Shown in pieces: positions 45,256-54,433 of a stretch of DNA of 64,000 bases (positions are counted from its first letter, which is position 1; every line of letters begins with the position of its first letter). The notes beneath the pieces are model-generated. The model saw nothing but the letters and a program-made list of their open reading frames with translations. It did no database searches and was not told where the DNA came from. Both the position numbers and the translations under genes were made by a program. Source of the stretch: a bacterium (GTDB lineage: Archaea > Thermoplasmatota > E2 > JACPAO01 > JAHFTW01); the NCBI GenBank assembly GCA_040390065.1, contig JAZJZE010000002.1, positions 38,813-102,812 of the forward strand. The letters run 5' to 3'.

Positions 45256-45453
45256 ATGCGCAGTGGGAAATTCCTGGCCGTGGCGTCGCTGGCCGTCGGG
45301 GTCGTGTTCTACCTCGGATCCGTCGGCGGCATGCTTTGGGGCAAGGCCAGCCCGCCCGCCGACGTCGGGGTCGTGTCGACGTCGGCCGTCTTCGTCCTCT
45401 TCGGCGTCCTCGGCCTCATGTTGAAGGACGACCAGGCTCCCCAGGCGCCGTAG
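45256..45453 (+). CDS. Small two-TM membrane protein
   Basis: 65 aa, two hydrophobic helices with a DVGV.S loop; good codon bias; divergent from the regulator. Confidence 0.6.
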   Translation: MRSGKFLAVASLAVGVVFYLGSVGGMLWGKASPPADVGVVSTSAVFVLFGVLGLMLKDDQAPQAP

Positions 45454-45454
45454 G

Positions 45455-46207
45455 TCAGACCACGCCGCTCGTGGCGGCAACGTAGATTGCTGCGAGCGTG
45501 AGCGCCGCCGCGAACAGGCGGGCGAGGGGCTGTGCACGGAGTCCATGAGCGGCCCGCGTGCCAAAGGTGGCGGCGCACACGGCTCCGAGGGCGATGGGGA
45601 CCGCTGGATGCCAGTCTAGGCCCTTGCTCAGGCTCACGGCGGATGCCAATGCAGCGTTCGTGAAGACCGCCACGAGGCTCGACCCCACGGCGGCATGCAT
45701 GCGGGTCCCAAGGAAGGCCAGCATGGGCACGCTCACCAGCCCGCCGCCGATGCCGAACAGGCGGGAGGCTGCGCCGGCGACGACGCCCAAAGCCACGACG
45801 CCGAGGGCGGGGTGTGGCTCCTCGTGCACCCGAGGCGGCTTGGCGACAAGGCGCCATGCTGCGCCGACCATGATGAGGGCGAACAGGAATTTCAGCCAGG
45901 ACGTCCCGACGTGCCCCTCGATGACGATCCCGGCGGGAACGCCGACGGCCCCGCCGGCCACCAGAAGGCCCGCAAGGCGCCAATCGACGGCGCCGCGGCG
46001 CGCGTGCTGGTACACGCCGAGCGGTGGATGGGCCAGCATGGCGGCAAGCGATGTCGCGGTCGCGACGTGGAAGTCGACGCCGAGCCCGTACACGAGGACG
46101 GGCACGATGACGACGCCGCCGCCGATGCCAAACAGCGTCGAGAGGAAACCGGCCCCGGCGCCGAGCGCGACGAGCCCGGCGAAGGTCGACGGCTGCGCCG
46201 GGTCCAC
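45455..46207 (-). CDS. TSUP/TauE-SafE family transporter
   Basis: Duplicated G......FGIGGG...VP and A.ATSL/AVGSSL motifs. Confidence 0.9.
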   Translation of the reverse strand: MDPAQPSTFAGLVALGAGAGFLSTLFGIGGGVVIVPVLVYGLGVDFHVATATSLAAMLAHPPLGVYQHARRGAVDWRLAGLLVAGGAVGVPAGIVIEGHVGTSWLKFLFALIMVGAAWRLVAKPPRVHEEPHPALGVVALGVVAGAASRLFGIGGGLVSVPMLAFLGTRMHAAVGSSLVAVFTNAALASAVSLSKGLDWHPAVPIALGAVCAATFGTRAAHGLRAQPLARLFAAALTLAAIYVAATSGVV

Positions 46208-46249
46208 ACGGCGGCCACGCGGTCATGCCGTACAACGTTTGCCAAGCGG

Positions 46250-46600
46250 AGCCGCGGTCTACGCGCTGCGCGCGTCCAGAAAAGTGGGGGGGCCGCGCGG
46301 AGCGCAGGTTTGCAGGCCTGGACGGCCGAGCGAAGCGAGCTCCATCCAGCCACCATGCCTCGCAGCCGGTCCGCGCAGCCCCCTGCCGAAACCTACCCTT
46401 GGCTGCCTCTCAAATGGGTCGTCTGCCCGGGCGCGCGCAGCGCCGCCCGAAGCGGTGAGGACCCATTTGGGAGAGGGGAAGGGGCGGCCCAAAAAGTGCC
46501 GCATCACTTGGAGGAAGTGACAGCCTGTTGGCCACCCACCGGGCGGCCGGTCAGCATCCCCTTCCAGACCCCGCCTCCGGCGTCCGCGTTCTTACGGTTT
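46250..46600. repeat. Hairpin-rich intergenic region with REP-like motif
   Basis: ctggacgg-cc-GAGCGAAGCGAGC-t-ccatccag near 46318-46349; CAAATGGGTC/GACCCATTTG stem 46411-46469. Confidence 0.5.
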
Positions 46601-46622
46601 GCGGTGGCGGCTTTGCGAAGAT

Positions 46623-47093
46623 TCAAGGTTCCATCGTCGCGCCGTCGTCGTCCTTGCTCTTGCGCTCTTCGACCTTGCGGATGAACTTGCGCCCCTCGTT
46701 GACGGCGGTGTCCCAAAGGAGCTCTTCCGTGGCGATGGATTCGTCATGCAGTTTGCGGGCGATCATGCGGATGGCCATCTCGCGGGCGTTGGCAGGGTAG
46801 CCCATGTCGATGAGGCGCACGACGGACCTGGCGCGAAGCGGCAAGCCGGCGAGGACGACGAGGAGGATGAGCGGCACGACGAGGAAGACGGTGGCGACGG
46901 CGTAGGCGTACGGGAAGTACTTCGGCCAGAACAGGCCCACGATGGCCGAGCCGAGGATGGCGAGGATGCCGACGACGAGGAGGAAACGGGCAAGACGCAG
47001 GAGGCGAACGATGCGTTGCAGGCGCTCGGACCAGCGCCGCATCGACTCGTCCATGAGGTGCCAGATGGCGCGGTACCAGGGCTTTGCGTCCAC
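46623..47093 (-). CDS. Hypothetical two-TM membrane protein
   Basis: Two hydrophobic helices, charged C-terminal helical domain, strong GC3 bias. Confidence 0.65.
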   Translation of the reverse strand: MDAKPWYRAIWHLMDESMRRWSERLQRIVRLLRLARFLLVVGILAILGSAIVGLFWPKYFPYAYAVATVFLVVPLILLVVLAGLPLRARSVVRLIDMGYPANAREMAIRMIARKLHDESIATEELLWDTAVNEGRKFIRKVEERKSKDDDGATMEP

Positions 47094-47136
47094 GCCGCAA
47101 CACCCGCCCTGACTGCCATGAAGGTTGCTAGACGAA

Positions 47137-47532
47137 TCAAGCCAGCCCAATCGCCTTCTTGGAAGCCTCATCGGCCATCAGGTTCTGCTCGCGCGGCACC
47201 CATTCGAGTCTGTGCGAGGCGAAGCGCGACAGCAGCTTGGCGGCCTCGGCGTGCAGGGGGGCCAGCTCCGCCTTGCGGACCTTGTACTGCCCGGAGAGTT
47301 GGCGCAGGATCAATTGCGAATCGCCGTGCACGACGATGTCGGTCGCGCCTACGGCGAGGGCGTGGCGGAGACCGAGGATGAGGGCGTGGTATTCGGCGAG
47401 GTTGTTCGTGCCATGACCCTTCGCCATCGACAAGATGTGCGGCTTTGCACCCTCGACGTCGACGACAGCGCCCAGACCCATGGGACCCGGGTTGCCGGAG
47501 CAGGCGCCGTCGAACCAAATGGTGGCCTTCAA
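47137..47532 (-). CDS. rnhA: Ribonuclease HI (archaeal type-1)
   Basis: FDGACSGNPG, TNNLAEY.AL, GDSQL, WVPREQN..AD. Confidence 0.93.
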   Translation of the reverse strand: MKATIWFDGACSGNPGPMGLGAVVDVEGAKPHILSMAKGHGTNNLAEYHALILGLRHALAVGATDIVVHGDSQLILRQLSGQYKVRKAELAPLHAEAAKLLSRFASHRLEWVPREQNLMADEASKKAIGLA

Positions 47533-47574
47533 CGCGGTAGGTACTGGTTGTGCGGTTCTTGGCCTTGCCCCCGG

Positions 47575-47813
47575 CCAGTCAACCGATGTAACAGATGCAA
47601 CCGACGAAGGGCGCGATTTCTGTTGCTTCGGTTGCGTCGGTTGATGACGTAGGTGTCGGTTTCATCGGTTTCATGGCTTGCTGGAGCTGCCCCCGCCGGC
47701 CAACTGGTCAACCGATACAACCGAAGCAACCGATGAGGGACCGCGGATCGGCAGTTTGGGTTGCGTCGGTTGATGACGTAGGTATCGGTTTCATCGATTT
47801 CATCTGTTGACCA
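47575..47813. repeat. Tandem pair of ~125-nt units made of 9-nt direct and inverted repeats
   Basis: gtc-aaccgatgt-aacagatgc-aaccga...tcggttgcg-tcggttgat-gacgtaggt(g/a)-tcggtttca-tcg occurs twice with small variations. Confidence 0.85.
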
Positions 47814-47827
47814 GGGGAGACGGGGCG

Positions 47828-49954
47828 TCACGTTTCCTTGTCGTCCTTCCCCTTCATCGCCCCAGATTTTTCGAAAATCCGCCTTGCTACCTGCGCCGGC
47901 TGCTTGCGCGGCCCGACGCGTTCCTCGACGTCGTGCTCGGCCTTGACCACGCGCTCGGACTTCGCGTCCTTCGGCAGCTGCCCCGACTTGAGTTCCATGA
48001 TCTCGTCGCGAAGCAACGCAGCGCGCTCGAAATCCCAGGCCTTTGCAGCCGACTGCATCTCCTTCTCGAGGCTGACGATGAGTTTGTCGAAGCCCGTCTT
48101 GTCCAGCGTCGCAATCGTCTCCTTGGGGATGAGGACGGGCTTTTCGCCAAGCCGGCGGCCGTCGATCTCGATGCCTTTCATGGAGCGGACGGCGCTGACA
48201 GGGTTGATGCCGTGTTCCTTGTTGTAAGCGATCTGGCGGGTGCGGCGCTGGGCCGTTGCGTCGAGGGCGGCCTTCATCGCGTCGCTCATCCGGTCGGCGT
48301 ACATGATGACCCGGCCGTTCACGTTGCGGGCGGCGCGCCCGATCGTCTGCACGAGACTCGTTTCGCTGCGCAGGAAGCCGATCTTGTCGGCGTCGAAGAT
48401 GGCCACGAGTGACACTTCGGGAAGGTCGAGGCCTTCGCGCAGGAGGTTGATGCCGACGAGCACGTCGAACTCGCCCTTTCGCAGTTTCTCCAGGATGATG
48501 ATGCGCTCCAGCGTGTCGATGTCGGAGTGCAGGTACGTGACCTTGAGCCCGAGTCCTTGGTAGTACTTCGTGAGCTCCTCCGCCATCTTCTTGGTGAGCG
48601 TCGTGACGAGGATGCGTTCGCCGCGTTTGGCCGTCTTCACGATCTCGCCGTACAGGTCGTCGACTTGGCCCGCGATGGGGCGGACGGTGACCTCTGGATC
48701 GATTAGCCCCGTGGGGCGCACGACGGCTTGGACGCGCAATTCCTCGTGCTCGGCCTCGTAGGGTCCGGGGGTGGCACTCGTGAAGACGCACTGCTTGAAC
48801 TTGCGTTCGAACTCGGGGAACTTGAGGGGCCGGTTGTCGAGGGCGGACGGCAGGCGGAAGCCGTAGTTGATGAGGGTCTCCTTGCGCATGCGGTCGCCGT
48901 TGTACATGCCGCGCACTTGCGGGACGCTGACGTGTGACTCGTCGACGATGAGCAAGTAGTCCTCGGGAAAGTAGTCCATGAGGCACGAGCCGGGGTCGCC
49001 GCGCGGCCGGCCCGACAGCGGCTGGCTGTAGTTCTCGATGCCATTGCAGTAACCGATCTCCCGCAGCATCTCGACGTCGAAGCGCGTTCGCTGCTCCAGG
49101 CGTGCCGCCTCCAAGATCTTGCCTTGCGTCCGCAGCTCCGACAAGCGGTCCTTCAGTTGCTCCTGGATCCGACCGATGGCGGCCTCCAACTCGTCGGGCG
49201 GAAGGACGAAGTGCTTGGCGGGAAAGATGGTGATCGCATTGTACGTCGCCATCGGTTCGCCGGTCACGGTGTGGATGCGCTTCACCGCCTCGATCTCGTC
49301 ACCCCACATCTCGATGCGCAGCGGGTGCTCGTCGCCTGGCGGCAGGACGTCGACGGTGTCGCCCCGCACGCGGAAGGTGCCCGGCTTCAGGTCGGCGTCG
49401 TTGCGTTCATAGTAGATGTCGACGAGGCGGCCCACGAGCGTTCGCCGTTCCATGGTCTGCCCGGCCTGCAGCAGAAGGTTTGCGCTGCGGTAATCCTCCG
49501 GCGAGCCGAGGCCGTAGATGCACGACACCGACGCCACGACCACGACGTCGCGGCGCGTCATGAGCGCCTGCGTGGTCGCATGCCGCAGCTTCTCAATCTC
49601 CTTGTTAACGTCCGATTCCTTGGCGATGTAGGTGTCCGATTGCGGCACGTACGCCTCGGGCTGGTAGTAGTCGTAGTAGGAGACGAAGTACTCCACCGCG
49701 TTCTTCGGGAAGAAGGCCCGCATCTCCTCGAAGAGCTGCGCAGCCAGGGTCTTGTTGTGCGAGATGATGAGCGTCGGTTTTTGCAGCCGCGTGATGGCTT
49801 GCGCCATGATGTACGTCTTGCCGACTCCAGTCACGCCCTGCAACGTGACGAAGCGCTTGCCATCCTTCAGCGCCTGGACGACAGCCTCGATGGCGGGCCC
49901 CTGGTCGCCGGCCGGGGCGAATGGCGCCTCCAGGGCAAAGCGGACATCCGTCAC
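47828..49954 (-). CDS. uvrB: Excinuclease ABC subunit B
   Basis: PAGDQ, GVTGVGKT, HNKTLAAQL, YFVSYYDYYQPEAY, DESH, FRLPSALDNRPL, C-terminal UVR domain FERAALLRD. Confidence 0.98.
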   Translation of the reverse strand: MTDVRFALEAPFAPAGDQGPAIEAVVQALKDGKRFVTLQGVTGVGKTYIMAQAITRLQKPTLIISHNKTLAAQLFEEMRAFFPKNAVEYFVSYYDYYQPEAYVPQSDTYIAKESDVNKEIEKLRHATTQALMTRRDVVVVASVSCIYGLGSPEDYRSANLLLQAGQTMERRTLVGRLVDIYYERNDADLKPGTFRVRGDTVDVLPPGDEHPLRIEMWGDEIEAVKRIHTVTGEPMATYNAITIFPAKHFVLPPDELEAAIGRIQEQLKDRLSELRTQGKILEAARLEQRTRFDVEMLREIGYCNGIENYSQPLSGRPRGDPGSCLMDYFPEDYLLIVDESHVSVPQVRGMYNGDRMRKETLINYGFRLPSALDNRPLKFPEFERKFKQCVFTSATPGPYEAEHEELRVQAVVRPTGLIDPEVTVRPIAGQVDDLYGEIVKTAKRGERILVTTLTKKMAEELTKYYQGLGLKVTYLHSDIDTLERIIILEKLRKGEFDVLVGINLLREGLDLPEVSLVAIFDADKIGFLRSETSLVQTIGRAARNVNGRVIMYADRMSDAMKAALDATAQRRTRQIAYNKEHGINPVSAVRSMKGIEIDGRRLGEKPVLIPKETIATLDKTGFDKLIVSLEKEMQSAAKAWDFERAALLRDEIMELKSGQLPKDAKSERVVKAEHDVEERVGPRKQPAQVARRIFEKSGAMKGKDDKET

Positions 49955-50009
49955 GGCCCTTCGCACCCGGCGGACACGGAAAAGGCCAGGGGTGGGGGAA
50001 CTGAACGCT

Positions 50010-50336
50010 TCAGCGCTTCTTCTTTCGCAACGCGGGCTTCGCCTTCGCCTTGCCGGCCTTTGCGGGCTTTGCGCGCTTGGCAGCCTTGGGTCTTGCGGCC
50101 TTCTTCGCTGGCTTGGCCGACCGCTTGGCCTTTGGCGCCTTGCGGACCGGCTTCGCCTTCTTCGCCCGCGCAGGCTTGGCCTTCTTGGCTTTCACCGGTT
50201 TGGCCCGGCGTTTCGGGGCCCCGACGGCGACGGGGATTGCAAACGTGGTGGCCGCAGCGCCATGCGGCGCCTCGACCCATTGGCCCGCAGGCGGCGTGTT
50301 CGGCACCGGCTTGCGGCGGAAGAGACGAAGCACCAT
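50010..50336 (-). CDS. Histone-H1-like Lys/Ala/Pro-rich basic protein
   Basis: C-terminal ~65 aa of AKKAKP/KPAK repeats encoded mostly by AAG/GCC codons. Confidence 0.7.
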   Translation of the reverse strand: MVLRLFRRKPVPNTPPAGQWVEAPHGAAATTFAIPVAVGAPKRRAKPVKAKKAKPARAKKAKPVRKAPKAKRSAKPAKKAARPKAAKRAKPAKAGKAKAKPALRKKKR

Positions 50337-50719
50337 GGGCCCGCCCAGCGGCGCCCTGCGATATCATCGCTTCGAAGCATCGGGCCCGGTTTCCGATGGA
50401 AAAAATGGGTGGCGGTCCGGAGCACTCGCTTCCGTCCCGCATGCGCGGGACATCAGTGGGTGGTGGTCGGTGGTCGCAAGAAATCCGGCAAGAGCCGAAT
50501 CATGCCCCGGGCCGCCTGAGGCAGAGCCTCGAATCCCATCCCTACAGTTGGCTGCCGCCAGTTATAGACCTGGCCGTTTGGGGACGGACATTCGTGGGGT
50601 CTGCAACGCGCCGACGAGGCCGGGGCCTCGCGGTGGCCGCAACCGGCGCCCCCAGGAGGACGTTCTTAAAGAACAGCCACAAAGGGTAAATCGAATCCAC
50701 GACCCAATGGAGCTTGTCC

Positions 50720-50965
50720 ATGAACGACCCGAACCAAGGTGCCCACCCGGTGCCGGCCTCCGTGCAGGCGGTCCTCAACACCCTGAACCACCACAAGCCC
50801 ATGACGGGCAAGGAACTGCGCGAGGCCACCGGGCTGCCCCGCCGCACCATCTACACCGCCCTGCGCCGCCTGCGCGAGATGGGCCTGCTCGAGGAACAAG
50901 CAAGCCTGCGCGATACGCGCCAGACCTACTTCTGGGTCCACGAAGCCAAGCCGCAGGGAAATTGA
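50720..50965 (+). CDS. Small winged-helix DNA-binding protein (archaeal MarR/TrmB-like)
   Basis: PMTGKEL.EATGLPRRTIY.AL.RL...GL......DTRQ..F. Confidence 0.85.
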   Translation: MNDPNQGAHPVPASVQAVLNTLNHHKPMTGKELREATGLPRRTIYTALRRLREMGLLEEQASLRDTRQTYFWVHEAKPQGN

Positions 50966-51047
50966 CAGCGGCGGGCCACGACCCGCGCGCCACACATCCC
51001 GGTGACGAATCGGCCGTCGGCGAGCACGCCTGATTCGTGGCGCCACG

Positions 51048-51308
51048 CCGGACCCCCTCAGGCTTTCTTGGCCGAGGGGCTCGCCAGGCCCGGCGCGATG
51101 ATCTGGCACATCGTCGGTGACATGCGACCTTGAGAAAGGTCGATCATCTGCGTCGTGGGGCCTGCGGCCCCACCCTGCTGCGGGGGGCCTTGCCCCCCGC
51201 CCCTATCCCCCCACCGGGGGCGCTCGCGCCCCCGGACCCCCTGAGGCTTTCTTTGCCAAGAGGCTCGCCAGGCCCGGCGCGATGATCTGGCACATCGTCG
51301 GTGACATG
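51048..51308. repeat. 77-bp direct repeat (51048-51124, 51232-51308) flanking GC hairpins
   Basis: 73/77 identical, last 47 nt identical. Confidence 0.9.
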
Positions 51309-51408
51309 TGATCATATTGGACTTTGGTGAGCGCCGCCCTTTCCCACCGAGCCCCGAGTCGAGAACCGGTCCCACGAGGACCCGGTCCCGCAACGATGCC
51401 GGACGAAC

Positions 51409-51918
51409 CTAGGCCTTCTGCGCCGCCGGCGCCGGCGGCTTCCATGGCTTTGACTTGACGGGGGAGCCGCAGACGATGCACTCTTCCTTCTTGGGCATGA
51501 CTTCGTACCAGCGGCCGCAGCCGATGCAGCGTGGCCGGAAGTCGAGTTGCGAACTGAGGCCCGTCGTGTTGACGGTCTGCGTCGGGATGTGGAGACGGTT
51601 GGCGACGTCGAGCAGCGTGTAGTCGTCGGTGACCAGGGTCGCAGACAGGTCCAAGGCGAGGGCGGCGAGACTGACGTCGGCGACACTCAGGCGACCCAGG
51701 TTGCCGGCACCCATGGCCGTCGTCTCGACGCGGTCGACGGATTCCTGGCGGGCGCTGCGCACCTGCAGCCCCTGGGTGATCCAGCCCTCGTAGCGGCGCG
51801 CGTCCTTGCCGCCGGGCGAGACTTCGGCGGCGGCCTCCGGTGTCGTCGCCCACGAAGAGGAGCGCGGGGGATCCTTGCCACCGAGCAGCAGGGACGTATC
51901 GAGGACCAGCCAGGCCAC
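51409..51918 (-). CDS. nob1: NOB1-family endonuclease (PIN + Zn ribbon)
   Basis: VLDTS, AEV, LS.AD, VTDDY, C-terminal CIGC...CIVCGS. Confidence 0.88.
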   Translation of the reverse strand: MAWLVLDTSLLLGGKDPPRSSSWATTPEAAAEVSPGGKDARRYEGWITQGLQVRSARQESVDRVETTAMGAGNLGRLSVADVSLAALALDLSATLVTDDYTLLDVANRLHIPTQTVNTTGLSSQLDFRPRCIGCGRWYEVMPKKEECIVCGSPVKSKPWKPPAPAAQKA

Positions 51919-52031
51919 AGCGTCGCAAAGTGGGCGCAGCCGTAAGGCTTGTGGGTTGCCCTCCAGGGCTTTTCGGCAGCCGTGCCGCGCCTCGGCAGGC
52001 CCATATCGCCCCCCCGGCATCGTGCGCTGCG

Positions 52032-52766
52032 ATGGCCTTGGACCGCACCGGCGCCCTGGTGGTGCTGGCCATCCTGAGTTTTCTGCCGGCGGTGGCGTAC
52101 GCCCTGTGGCTGCGCAACCAGGAGCGCTTCGAGCGCGAACCGGTGCGCGCCGTGCTTGGCGCCCTGTTCTACGGGTCCACCGCCGGCGTCGCCGTCGCGG
52201 CCGTCCTCGAGTCGCTCGTCCACTTTGACGGTGTGCGCGACGCGTCGACTTTGGCCATCCTGGCGTTCGTGGTCGTGAGCCCGCCCATCGAGGAGTTTGC
52301 CAAGGCCCTCGGCCTGCCCCTCGTTCGGCGCCAGATGGACGAGTTGGAGGACGGCATCGTCTACGGCACGGCCATCGGCCTCGGCTTTGCCGCCACGGAG
52401 ACGGTCGTGTACGCCAACGCCGCCCTGTCCGGTTCGGGGGCAGGGCTTGCCTTCGAGACGATTGCCATCCGCACCGTCTCCAGTCTGCTCTTGCATGCCG
52501 CCGCCGCGGCCGTCGTCGGCTTCGGGTACGGGTATTGCCGCCTGACGGGTCGCTCCATGCTGCACTTGGTGCCGTACTTCGTCGTCGCGGTCGGCCTGCA
52601 TGCGGGCTTCAACCTGCTCGTGCTGCTGTCCGACGTGTGGGGGCTCGTGGCCGACATCGGGTTGGTCGTCGGGTTGGGACTTGCGCTGCGGTTCCGGCTG
52701 CGGCAATTGGATGGGAAGGCACCCATGACCGAGGCTGCGCTTGCCGCGCCCGCTGGCGACCCATAA
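52032..52766 (+). CDS. PrsW-family intramembrane metalloprotease
   Basis: ERFEREP, PIEEFAK, DGIVYG..IGLGFAATE, LLH, GLHA.FN. Confidence 0.9.
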   Translation: MALDRTGALVVLAILSFLPAVAYALWLRNQERFEREPVRAVLGALFYGSTAGVAVAAVLESLVHFDGVRDASTLAILAFVVVSPPIEEFAKALGLPLVRRQMDELEDGIVYGTAIGLGFAATETVVYANAALSGSGAGLAFETIAIRTVSSLLLHAAAAAVVGFGYGYCRLTGRSMLHLVPYFVVAVGLHAGFNLLVLLSDVWGLVADIGLVVGLGLALRFRLRQLDGKAPMTEAALAAPAGDP

Positions 52767-52796
52767 GTTTTGAAGGGCCTCCCCGTCGCCGCGCCC

Positions 52797-53753
52797 ATGT
52801 CCACGAAAGTCGGATTCGTGGGCGCCGGCACCATCGGCGCCAACTCCATCTTTGCGACCCTCGCCATGACGGACCGCATCGACGAGATTGCCGTCGTGGA
52901 CATCGCCGAGCCCGCCGCAGTCGGCCGCGCCCTCGACCTCAACACGGCCAGCGTCGCCTTCGGGCGGCGCACGCGCGTGCACGGCGGCACCGACTACGCG
53001 TTGCTGAAAGGCAGCGCCATCGTCGTCGTCTCCGCCGGCATGCCCCGCAAACCGGGAATGACGCGCGCCGACCTCTTGGGCATCAACATCAAGATCCTGA
53101 AGAACGTCTGCGCCGAGGTCAAGAAGAACGCGCCCGACTGCATCTTCCTACTGGTCACGAACCCGGTCGACATCCTGCAGTACGTCTGCTGGAAGGAACT
53201 CGGCTTCCCCTCCAACCGCGTGATCGGCATGACGAGCCTGCACGACTCCGCCCGCTTCACCGACATCGTGCGCGACGCCACCGGCGACCGCGAAGTCCGC
53301 GCCACCATCCTCGGCGAGCACGGCGAGACCATGTTCGTCGCCCCGACGCTGTCCAGCCCGAGCCTCAAGGGAGGCAACTGGGACGCGTGGGAGAAGACGA
53401 CGCGTGGCCGCGCCATGGAGATCATCGAACGTGTGGGTGCAACGGCCTACGCCCCCGGCGCCTGCACCGGCCGCATGGTGAAGGCCATCCTGGAAGACAC
53501 GCACGAGGAGATCCCGACGGGCTGCATCCTGAACGGCGAGTACGGCCACAAGGACGTCGCGATCGGCGTCCCCGCAGTCCTCGGTCGTGGCGGCCTCGTG
53601 CGCATCGTGCAGTACGACCTCACGCCGACCGAGAAGGCCAAGATGGACGTCACCGTGAAGGCCGTCAAGGAAAAAATCGCCGAGGGCTTGCAGATTCTCG
53701 CGAACCCGCCGGCGCCGGCCGCGACGCCTGCAGCTCCGGCGAAGACGGCGTAG
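52797..53753 (+). CDS. mdh: Malate dehydrogenase (LDH-like)
   Basis: GAGTIG, AGMPRKPGMTR.DL (malate-specific Arg), TNPVD, DSARF, GEHG. Confidence 0.9.
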   Translation: MSTKVGFVGAGTIGANSIFATLAMTDRIDEIAVVDIAEPAAVGRALDLNTASVAFGRRTRVHGGTDYALLKGSAIVVVSAGMPRKPGMTRADLLGINIKILKNVCAEVKKNAPDCIFLLVTNPVDILQYVCWKELGFPSNRVIGMTSLHDSARFTDIVRDATGDREVRATILGEHGETMFVAPTLSSPSLKGGNWDAWEKTTRGRAMEIIERVGATAYAPGACTGRMVKAILEDTHEEIPTGCILNGEYGHKDVAIGVPAVLGRGGLVRIVQYDLTPTEKAKMDVTVKAVKEKIAEGLQILANPPAPAATPAAPAKTA

Positions 53754-53759
53754 GTCGCC

Positions 53760-54430
53760 GTCGGGATCCATGGGGGGCGTCCTGCGCGGCGGCAGGGAGG
53801 GCTGAAAGCCGCCGCGAGGACAAGGATGCGGACAATCCCTGATGCCCGGCCGGCCCGCAAACCCCTTGCGGCACACTCGTCGAAAGGTGGCAACCGTGCC
53901 ACAAAGGGAGAGCTCAAGGCCAGGCAGCGCCCAGCGGCACAGTCGTGCTATGGATGTTGCCCGATTGGGCCCTGCGCCTCATCGGCCGGATCAGGTGTCC
54001 GTGTTGCGGGACGATCTTCAAGCCGGAGCCGGAAGCCGCCGCCTGACGACGACTGGTCAACCGATGCAAGAGATACAACAGACTTGACGGCTGTCCTTCA
54101 GACCACCCTGGGGCCGGCGCCACTTCGCGTCGACCTCCCTGCGCGGCTGGGCTCGGCGGCCGGCTTGCCATCGCGGACCCGGAGGGTAGGAGCCGAGCGC
54201 CCTCCGCGAGCAACGTGCGAATCAGCCGCCTGGCCGGCCTGGGCGGCCGCCGCGAGCGAAGCGAGCGCCCGCCGATGCGCGGCGAGGCCGGGAAAGGAAC
54301 GGCGCGCCGACGAGGCGCGCCGCGTGAGCGGCCGCCCTTTCCTCCGAGGGGTCTGGGGCCTGGAAGGCCCCAGAGTCGGGCGTCCCTTGCCCTCGGTCAA
54401 ACGGCCGAGCTTAGCGAGCGCCGTTTGGCC
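53760..54430. repeat. Long (~670 bp) convergent intergenic mosaic of hairpin and repeat motifs
   Basis: 9-nt units 54053-54083; GAGCGAAGCGAGC 54254-54266; GGGGTCTGGGGCCTGGAAGGCCCCAG 54348-54373; GAGCTTAGCGAGC hairpin loop 54407-54419. Confidence 0.6.
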
Positions 54431-54433
54431 GGT

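Noticed and set aside
30747-45453. Integrated element at tRNA-Trp
   Set aside because: No integrase and no duplicated tRNA 3' end were seen; mobility is unsupported
46508-46564. tRNA-Sec-like gene on the minus strand (GGAAG...CTTCCTCCA)
   Set aside because: About 57 nt with no anticodon arm and no TTC T-loop
47575-47813. CRISPR array
   Set aside because: Units are 9-nt direct and inverted repeats without unique equal-length spacers; no cas genes in the window
53836-53890. Hammerhead ribozyme (CTGATG...CGAAA)
   Set aside because: Core reads CTGATGC rather than CTGANGA, and I could not build the three stems
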